From assembly GCA_951406725.2 (NCBI GenBank), contig OX597817.1, forward strand, positions 107,322,001 through 107,386,000: a stretch of 64,000 nt of DNA. Direction: 5' to 3'. Position 1 is the stretch's first letter. Each line of letters begins with the position of its first letter. Position numbers and translations under genes: made by a program. Positions 54,636-64,000 of the stretch are shown piece by piece. The notes under the pieces are model-generated. The model was not told where the DNA came from. It did not search any database and saw only the letters and a program-made list of their open reading frames with translations. This stretch comes from Octopus vulgaris. Lineage: Eukaryota.

Positions 54636-54926
54636 TACAACAACAACAACAACAGGTTACCGACATTCTAAAGGTGAAGATGGTAAATATCTCCTATTAT
54701 ATATAAATCCTTGAAAGTTTGTGGAATGCCAATGAAATCGCTTCTCAGAATTACAGAGTTCCGGAAAGATAGAGCTATACATACATACATACATACATAC
54801 ATACATACATACATACATACATACATACATACATACATACATACATACATACATACATCATACATACATACATACATACATACATACATACATACATACA
54901 TACATGCATACATATGTACGTATGTA

Positions 54927-54971
<45 letters not shown>

Positions 54972-56020
54972 CCTTAGCAAAGAAATCGTATTAATAGCTA
55001 TAGGCATTGCGGAAGGAAGTGTGTTATATGAGAGTCAGCGGAACTTGAAAAATGGATTGGCAAATTGCCATCGAGACGATGAGTGTGGGAATGTTTTTAG
55101 CAAAACGATGAGTATATTAACATCAAAAATTATCAGAGTACCAGCTGAGCATTCATATTTCATTGTAAAAGGATACAGCAGTCAGTTTGAAACAGTTCTT
55201 ACTGCATAACAAGCGTTAGATAAGTATCATCTATAGTGAGAGAGAACGCAAATGAATAGAAAAAAAAATCCCGAACTCTGCGAATATTCTTTAGTAAATA
55301 ATTTAAATTTCTAATCTTACCAATGTTACTAGTGTAGTGTTTTGAACGAATTTTAACCGAATTATAGCATTATCTAAAAATTTCAGTAAAAAAAAAATAC
55401 TGGAATACAGACGTTCGAAGAATGATTATATCTGGCATTCAAAGATAGCAAAATGAAGAAGAATAAAAATATTTCGAAAGTCTATCAAATTATGTCATAG
55501 TATGTGAGCTGTACGCAAGGAAGTAAATTTTGTAAAGTATAGATATTGCAATAAAATGTACATAGATGAAGAAGCTGTTGGAAAAGCAGGAACTATAGTA
55601 ATATATCATTACATATACATGACAATAAGGCGGTTAGCTGGCGATATGCTTAGCGCGTCGGACAAAATGCTTAACTGCATTTCTTCCGGTTCTTTACGTT
55701 ATGGGCTTACATTCTACTAAAATCGACTTTACCTTAGAGGGTCAGTAAAAATAAAGCCCAGTCAAGTGGTGCTGTCGATGTAAACGACTTGGCCCTTCTC
55801 TGGTCTTGTACCTAAATTTGAAAGCACTATATGTTAATGACAATAATGTGGTTTTATATTTTAATATAATTAATGATACATTGTTGCAGGCATGGATGCG
55901 TAAATAAGAAGCTTGCTTTGTAACCATGGGGTTTCGGGTTCAGTCCCACTGTGCAACACCTCGGGCAAGTGCCTTCTGAGCGAATTTGATAGACGGGAAC
56001 TGGGTGGAAGCTCGTCATAT

Positions 56021-56088
<68 letters not shown>

Positions 56089-56091
56089 TCT

Positions 56092-56893
56092 AAAGCATGC
56101 AGAGTAAAGCTGCTTGGCACAGATTGACCTCGAACTCTGCATTGCATGTGCACTAAGTTCCGCTGTTTACAGAAGTACTTGGAAGGAAGGAAGGTGCGTA
56201 GCGTGTGATCGTCGCTTGACCAGAGGCCTACGCAAAGTTGCAGAAAGTATATGGAGAGGAGTGTATGAGTCGCACACAAGTGGTTCAGACGTTTCCAAGA
56301 TGGTTGAAAAAATTGTCGATATTGACGAACGTTCTGGGAGACCCGCAACCAGCAGGACTAAGAAAAACATTACAGATATGCGTGCAGCCCTGAGGGAAAA
56401 TCTTCGAATCCGCATCCATGAGTTATCAAAGGATGTGCAAATTAGTTGTGGTTCAATTCAATTCATTCCATTATCACTTAAGATTTGGGTATGAGATGCG
56501 TGTCTGCCAAGCTTATGCCAAAGCTGCTTTCAGCTGACCAAAAAGACATTCGGGCATTCGGGTTTAAGCTGTGCAAGATCTCTCTGGGGGTATCGAGAAC
56601 GATGAAATGTTTTGAAAACTTTGCATAGTCCTCTGAGTAGGTATCGCCATGTTTTTAGCAAAATTTGATGCAGATTCTCTGCTCAGCTTTCTCTGTCATG
56701 GTCAATTTGACGATTACATGCTACAAACCTTCCTTCCAAGCACTGCTGTAAACAGTGGAAGTGAGCTAGAACGTTAAAACTTAGTGCGCATGTTTAGCAG
56801 AATTCAAGGTCAATCTGTGCCGAGCGACTTTACTTTGCATACTTTCGCTTCGTTACTATAACAACAGTCCAGATACTTATTGATCAGACCACG
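56092..56893. mobile_element. Mariner-derived non-autonomous element built from two inverted 5' ends
   Basis: Plus strand: KVYGEECMSRTQ..WFRRFQDG..ERSGRP..LGMRCVSAKLMPKLL. Minus strand from 56893: TIR CGTGGTCTGATCAATAAGTATC plus 5' UTR and MTEKAEQRICIKFC. 56092-56222 is the inverted homologue of about 56700-56848. Confidence 0.85.
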
Positions 56894-56972
56894 TATACAC
56901 ACACAGATACATAATACACACACACACACACATACATACATACATACATACATACATACATACATACATACA

Positions 56973-57008
<36 letters not shown>

Positions 57009-57045
57009 TATATAACAAAGTTATTTTATTCCCCATGAGTAGAAA

Positions 57046-57594
57046 TATAGGAGAAATGGAAGTTGAAAAGGTTCTGAGAATAGTTTAAATATTTTTTATT
57101 ATATTTAAAGATTTAACCAGTTTCACAGTTTACACCAATTTTCAAAAGGTTGAAATTGAAAGACGTGGCTTATGTCACAACGTCTTGATTCTGACTAGTG
57201 TTTGAAGCTTGTCCTATCTTTATAGGGAGTTCATAGCTCAAATTAGCATATGTTTTGGATAAGACTTGATTGGTAGAAGATAGCTACATGACCAGTCTTA
57301 GAAATTTCTTAAGTTCCCCGCTACGTTCGTGTCTTAGTATCAAGTGACAATGTTTGGCGTCGTAAGTTAAGGCTGTCACGGTTAACTGAAATGTTCAGTC
57401 AACATGACTGGTCTTAGCGACTAACCTCTATCAATCAAGTCCTATCCTAAACATATACAGATTTGAGCCATGAACTCCTTATAAAATAGGACAAGCTTCA
57501 AACACTATTCAGTGTTCACTGTGAAACCGGTTAAATCATTAAATATAATAAAAAAAATATTTTAACTATTCTCAGTGCATTTTCAACTTTTCTT

Positions 57595-57602
<8 letters not shown>
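57046..57602. repeat. Large imperfect fold-back element in (TA)n
   Basis: 57060-57137 pairs with 57517-57592, and 57196-57297 pairs with 57406-57507. Confidence 0.85.
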
Positions 57603-57636
<34 letters not shown>

Positions 57637-57642
<6 letters not shown>

Positions 57643-57948
57643 ATTTCGTGATGCTCATGTTTTGTGCCAAATAAACACCAGCACTATGTATTTGTTCTTC
57701 ATTCGTTTATTACTGTTCTTATTCTAACTCATGTCCGTTGTTCGGAAATCTTTCGTCACACATCTGTGACCTCTTCAGTGACACTTTCAATCTTAAGAGA
57801 TTGAAATAAGTGGAGCAAGAGCACTGATGAAGACAGAAAGTGTCGCTGAGAAGTTAGAATAAGAACAGTGATAAACGACTGAAGAACAAATATGTAGTGC
57901 GTGTGTTCATTTTGGTAAAATAAAACAACCCACCATCCCGAAATACTA
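57637..57948. mobile_element. Inverted pair of PLE-like termini; left arm carries a hammerhead
   Basis: 57637-57788 is the reverse complement homologue of 57836-57948; the right arm lacks the ribozyme core. Confidence 0.75.
57737..57785 (-). ncRNA. Type I minimal hammerhead ribozyme motif
   Basis: GTGTCA-CTGAAGA-G-GTCACA-GATG-TGTGAC-GAAA-GATTTC-CGAACAAC: intact CUGANGA/GAAA core, 6-bp stem II and a UUC site; stem I is imperfect. Confidence 0.65.
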
Positions 57949-58003
57949 TATCTACAATATCTGTTTCAACACACGATTTCACATCAGGAATCTTGCAACA
58001 TAA

Positions 58004-58093
<90 letters not shown>

Positions 58094-58094
58094 T

Positions 58095-58990
58095 CCAAGC
58101 CGAGTCAAAACTTTTTCTTATTCTATTGGTCGTCTTCGATCGACCAAAGTCATGTATTGTGCTTTCAAAGTATACTATGCTTGTTGCAGTTGTTGAGCAT
58201 AAAGGTTAGCATTTGCAGCATGACCATCAAGAATAAATTCAAAGTCCAACATCCTTTCGAAATTCCATCAAACACACATGACCACCTGTTCACACACCCT
58301 TGTTTAACAATAGGTTGTTAAAACAGCTACAGATATCTCTTATTAGGATTGTAAAAATAGATCCACTTTTCATTCCCATTTAGAATTTGATGCCAAAAAC
58401 GAATCTCACGAGGATTTGGCAGCAGTTGCTTGCAAATGTTCACTCGTCGTCCATTGGTCAGTTCCTGAAGAAATTCTCGATACCCATTGTTCACATGGCC
58501 GAGAATATGGAGCTGTCGATATGTGGTGTGTTATGAAGGAATAACTTCTGCTGTCAATGTACGAGCGCTTTTGATTGGCTGTTGCTCAATCATTTTTAGA
58601 AAGGCCTCGTCTTCCACGACAGAAGATCTTCCTGATCTTGGCTTGTCTTCGAATCTGGAATCACCTTCCTTGATACGTCTGAACAAGTTTTGTGCCACAC
58701 TTTCAGAGTGTTCTACATCATTAATTTTTTTTCTGCTCTCCATGCACTCACTCCTGTTTTCTACAGTTAGCGTAAAATAGATCTTCGCGCTAAATGTTTA
58801 CCAGTCATTGTCAAAGCAGTAAAAGAAAAGATAAGCTGTTAATGATTATATGATATATTCGTATTCGAGAATAAAGAATAAACAATTCTGCAACAATTGC
58901 GCAAGTTGCATCAAATTAATGATTTAAAATGGAGACTCAAGTTGTCAAAATTCATTATAGAAAATCTGAAAAAGTTTTAACTCAATTTGG
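58095..58990 (-). mobile_element. Internally deleted mariner element
   Basis: TIRs CCAAGCCGAGTCAAAACTTTTTC (58095-58117) / GAAAAAGTTTTAACTCAATTTGG (58968-58990). Relic peptides LFRRIKEGDSRFEDKPRSGR and VMCV*WNFE..NLYAQQL. Confidence 0.85.
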
Positions 58991-59421
58991 TATGTATGTA
59001 TGTATGTATGTATGTATGTATGTATGTATGTATGTATGTATGTATGTATGTATTATACTATGAGTCTTCCATAGCTTTCTCTCCGTAATTTACAAAGCCT
59101 TTCTGGTTTGTTTACAAATATTATATGTACTATGAGGCAGTTTAAGTATATATTCATTAAATTTGGTTGAAATTGATGGGTGAGCATTTGGGATCATGTA
59201 AGCGTTTGGATGCGCAAGGAGTCGTGTAAGCGTTGAATTGAGGGTTCGATTCTGGTTAGAGTTAGCGCACCATTCTTCGGTCATTTGTTTGTATTTAAAA
59301 ATTTTCGCTTCAAATTGAAGAATATATATCATGATATATTATTATACAGTTATATATATTCGTATGTCTGTATGGGTTTGCTTGTCCTTTTTTGTAAGTT
59401 TGATTAAAACAGTAATCTGAC

Positions 59422-59947
59422 GGGAGGGTGGTACTAGTGGAGGGGGTAAGTTGCTAGGCTGAGCTTGTCGTACCTCGAAGTTAATAATAATGAAGGCTAT
59501 TTATAGTTCTAGGATTACATAGAAGTGCCATGTTATAACACCTATCAAGCAAGCGTCTATGTCGGCGGCACTGTTTATTTCAAGCCCCGCTACACAGCAC
59601 ACATAATCTCTTTCTCCAATCCAAATTCTAAATCATCTACTTACTTGGCAACTTATAGATACAAACTCGAATCTCAAAATGTTCCCTATACCCTGTCCTG
59701 GTATAAATACATCGGTATTTATAAATCATATTTAAGGGGATCGCTAACCTTCCTTCGCAACCACAACCCCATTACTTAATATATTCTCAGATGTAATACT
59801 ATCTTGTAATCAAAGGTTCTATTCGGTATTTGCCCGTATTATTAAATCTATGTAATTCCAGAACTATAATTATCCTTTATTATAATTAACCTTGAGGTAC
59901 GACAAGCTCAGACTAACAACTTATCCCTCCACTAATACCACCTTTCC
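59422..59947. repeat. About 100-bp inverted repeat pair (MITE/fold-back)
   Basis: GGTGGTACTAGTGGAGGG..CTGAGCTTGTCGTACCTC..ATTACATAGA versus TCTATGTAAT..GAGGTACGACAAGCTCAG..CCCTCCACTAATACCACC. Confidence 0.8.
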
Positions 59948-60146
59948 TATTAAACAATTCCTTCTTATGATTACCTTTGCAAATTCCTCTAACCACTACA
60001 TCACATCTCCCTCTTCGCCTCCCCATCCTCACAAGTGGTAGTCTTTTCTTATTCTCTCAGTTCTCCTCTTCAATTAGAAACCCTTAAAACTACTCCTCTA
60101 TATTAGATACTAACCTATCAACTTCTCCCTCTCTCTCTTTTAATCA

Positions 60147-60720
60147 CTATGGATTAGGTCGAAAAGGAAAGGGTATCTTCAGTCCTCTTAGTTTCGTCCA
60201 ATACAACTTAATGCATATAGCCTCCATATTGAGAAAGACTTTCCGGCCAAAGATGGGCGGCAGGATGGCCTTGATCGATAGCCCGGTACGTCGTATACAC
60301 GATAGCAAGTGTTCGACATAAATACACAAGTTGGAAATGCTTGGGCATTGTAAATTCGCATAAAATACGATTTCGTCCCTTAATGCGCATTTCAGATAGG
60401 CGCGGCAAACGGTACAAAGATACCCGTAGAGTGTATCCGGAGCCAACTATATCTTAACGGTAGCACAGCCTACCTGAAAATTATATATAGGCTCCGGCCG
60501 GAAAGTCTTCTGAAAAAGACCAGCTAGTTGATTTTCATCGACGTCCAGAGTTTTCTAGAAGTACGTGTCATCACTTTTACTCACTATTAATCATTTATAG
60601 GAACTTCCACCAACCACGTTGCCCGGCTGCCGGAAGACTGTGAGCCCCTATCAGTACTCAAGGTTGTGGTGACTGAGAGTCTGTGGGAATTCTTGTTTAT
60701 TCCTGGGTAGTACTCCCCAC
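60147..60720 (-). pseudogene. L1/Tx1-clade ORF2 C-terminal zinc-finger (zf-RVT-like) relic
   Basis: LTVFRQPGNVVGGS..LDVDENQLAGLFR..C.LRDEIVFYANLQCPSISNLCIYVEHLLS..YWTKLRGLK, a decayed CX2C..DET..H...CP...W motif. Confidence 0.55.
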
Positions 60721-60853
60721 CTTACTAAAATATTGAACTTTTTCTTATATTATCTCCGAACCCAGTTACTGTTTTTGGTAGTAAGATGTACAAAAAAATT
60801 TCTGAGTACGTGATACATTCAACAGTGGAGATGCAAATAACCTTCTATCTAGA

Positions 60854-60942
<89 letters not shown>

Positions 60943-61471
60943 GAGTGCATTTGTAAGTATATGTGTGTGTGTGTGTGTGTGTGTGAGTGAGTGTGTGTGT
61001 CGCTGTGGGTATACATACAGCCAGCCAACCAGCCAGCTAAACAGACATGAATTTCTATCTGCGTCATTTTCTAAGATTGTTAACACTAATATTATGTTTG
61101 ATCAATATTTCCCAAAATCAATCAGTGTTAAAGTTTATTTATATGAAAACTTAACATATTTAGTAGGTTTCTCAGTTATCGTTTCCTGCCGTGTTTTTTT
61201 TTCCCAGCATGTCGAACTTTTCCGAGTAATATGGAATTTCTTCTGACATTTAGACATTTAAGAGGCTCGTGGTTATTTTCCAATTGATTCATATAATCGA
61301 CAGTCTTTTACGTTCTTGTTTGGCAACTTCAAAGACTATGTAATCAATGATTTTCTTCCATTATATATATATATAAATTTACATGCATGCATGCATACAT
61401 ACATACATACATACATACATACATACATACATACATACATACATACATACATACATACATACATACATACA

Positions 61472-61502
<31 letters not shown>

Positions 61503-61855
61503 TCCACCGGATGAAGCGTCCACACACGGCTGTTATTGATAAACATTCAAATATATAATAACTGTAAAGAATGATCTTCTATAATAATATATGAATATAA
61601 AGTCAGAAACTTAGAGCTGGTGTGCGGTGCTGAAACATATGTTGTGATCTACTATTAAAGCCTGTTATCTTCCATTCTTGTGTTATATTACCCTTACGCA
61701 CACACATACGTGTGTAAGTGTGTGTGTGTACAGACATCTATATATGTACACATACAGAGTGTCTCTGTCACACACATGTATGTATATGTGTATGTATGTA
61801 TGTATATATATATGTGTATATATATATATATATATGTGTATATATATATATATTA

Positions 61856-62945
61856 CTAGCAGTATCGCCCGGCGTTGCTCGGGTTTGTTTCGACCCGTTG
61901 GAATTGTAATTTTGAAAAGTAAAAATTTTGTGAACATTTTTCTGGTCGAAATACACCGAAAAGTGGCGACACAGCAGTGAAAAAATCGTAAAAAATAGGG
62001 ATTTTCATAGAAAAAAGCATCTTTTTGATGTAAATAATTTTTGGTGTTAACATGGTCCGATTTGAATGTTATGTTCTACGGAAGGAAGAGCAACCCTTCT
62101 TCTACCATACTCTCAATTTTGGTCAACTTGCGCCGCAGGGTCTCGGAGGAGATAGTGTTAGTTGAAGGTTACCATTCTAGGTGCCTGAGTAACAACCTCG
62201 CGGATTTACAGATAAATGAATTAATTACTATTTTACAGAATAAAATTAAATAATTCTTGAAAATTAATTAATATTAATATTTTTTGAACAAAGTAAATAA
62301 TTTTTAAAACTTAAATAATAATTTTTTTTACACAAACGCGAACGGGGAAAAGGGGTGGCGAATTCGATTTACATACCTAAATTTTTTCTTTTTCATGACA
62401 TTGTAGCAAAATAGTAGTGAATTATATAAATACTAGCCGTACATTTTTTTTTCTGGGGTATTTTTTTTCAACCTCGTCACATATTTTCCCCTTTCAATTT
62501 AAACAAAGTCTTAATTAAGCAATTACGGCAGCTTAGCAATGGTTTCAATACAGGCGTGACATCTGTATCTCAATTGTTCAAAACCCTTCGAATTTTTTCG
62601 CACGTGATGATATCATAGTGAAAACTTTCAATTACGCGCGCTTAGAAGTACGCTCGCAAATTAATACTACCAAAATTTTGAAGTTCGCGCTCCGCTTGTG
62701 TGTGTGTGTGTGTGCGTGCTTTAGGTGTACGTAGGTATGTGTTTTTGTGTGTGTGTGTCACTGAAGCCATACATACATATATACATACATAACCTATCTC
62801 TCTCTTTTCTCTCTCAGTCACTCACTACAAAAAGTGAATAAAAAAAGTTCAGTTATTTCTGTCTTTCACTCTGTCTGTCTCTTTACACACACTAACAAAA
62901 GCACTTCACTTACACACCACACTTTCTGTGTCGCACAACCCATCG

Positions 62946-62992
<47 letters not shown>

Positions 62993-63545
62993 GCACGCAC
63001 ACATGTACATCAATGCTTTCGGAGTGAAATGTTAAAATATTGAGTTTTCTCGAATTTTGTCTTAATTGGGGGTGAAATTGAAAGAAATATATTATGGCAT
63101 GACCGAATGGAGTACTTTGAAAAATCTTAGGTAAACTCTAATTGAAGAAATTGTGTGAGGAGTAAATCGTTATGTATTTATTTGTTTCTGTTTGCTGTGT
63201 TTTTTTATTTTTTGAGTAGTGGTTTAAATACTTTCAGTTTAGTCTTCCTCAAATCACTCTGTCGCTATTTACTTTCATTTTATTCGTTGCACACTGTGTG
63301 TGTGCGTGTGCGTGTGGTGTAAACCACATTAAGAAAAGCATTTGACATACACACCAGAATGTGAGTTTTCTGTAAATTTTGCTTAATTGGAGTTTAAATT
63401 TTAAAAACTGGACCTGGCATGACCCGATGCATTCTACTCTTAAAAATGCTAGGTAAATTGTAATTGAAGAAATCCTATATTGTAGATTTCTATAAGTTAC
63501 AAAGGGAGGCAGATAAAATCTGCCTTTTATAATAAGATTATAATA

Positions 63546-63548
<3 letters not shown>
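61856..63548 (-). mobile_element. Non-autonomous Helitron
   Basis: Minus strand begins A|TCTTATTATAATCTTATTATAAAAGGCAGATTTTATCTGCCT and ends with hairpin CCCGAGCAACGCCGGG then CTAG|T. Internal direct repeats at about 63040-63155 and 63360-63475. Confidence 0.85.
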
Positions 63549-63584
<36 letters not shown>

Positions 63585-63590
<6 letters not shown>

Positions 63591-63749
63591 TAAAACTGCA
63601 AAGACATCACAAAAACCGTTACTCAGAGTTTCACGTTCCCGTTCGCCGGACAGATTTGGTTGATCCATTCTCCGCCAAAACTGTCCGACAAACGGGAACG
63701 TGAAACACCGAGTAACAGTTTTTGTGATGTCTTTGCAGGTTTATTAATA
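63585..63749. mobile_element. Fold-back element (about 75-bp arms) with a hammerhead-like fold in each arm
   Basis: Arms 63585-63659 and 63675-63749, in (TA)n. Arm consensus AAAACTGT-CCGACGA-ACG-GGAA-CGT-GAAA-CTCTGAG-TA-ACAGTTTT. Confidence 0.8.
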
Positions 63750-64000
63750 AAGTATATATATATATATATCAGGAAGTTAATTGTTATCACCGATCATACA
63801 GTGACCATTGGTTTTATGAGAACTTGAGATAAACAAGAACTTTTGCTAATATTGCAGACAGATTCATCATTTGAAGTTTAGATTGAATGGCAGCTTTAAT
63901 GCTGTGTGAGCTGTTCGACCTCCAGAGAGTAAAGTCACTATCCAATATGCACTTTACTTTTTAGGATTGCAGAGCGTGAATTGAGGGATATTTGACTGTT

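Noticed and set aside
54476-54706. Poly-glutamine ORF
   Set aside because: A (CAG/CAA)n tract at the end of a family C repeat with no coding context.

Overview
AT-rich, microsatellite-dense metazoan DNA in which I could not support any host gene exon. The SINE families and (TA)n/(TATG)n/(TAA)n load look like octopus (coleoid cephalopod) intergenic or intronic sequence; this is inferred from repeat content. The window is almost entirely mobile-element material: several tRNA-derived SINE families, a full-length IR/DR Tc1 element with an intact DD34E ORF, mariner and Tigger relics, a non-autonomous Helitron, R4/Dong-like, Tx1/L1, Penelope and Ty3/gypsy remnants, and LTRs. Three things stand out. 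(1) Two retroelements sit in tandem at the same 15-bp site inside one SINE head, one of them ORF1-only (HAL1-like), suggesting SINE/tRNA-targeted retrotransposition. (2) Several short (TA)n-embedded elements carry minimal hammerhead-ribozyme folds, often as inverted fold-backs. (3) An LTR is followed by four iterated LTR-end+PBS units. All calls are by eye with no database searches; boundaries of degenerate repeats are approximate.
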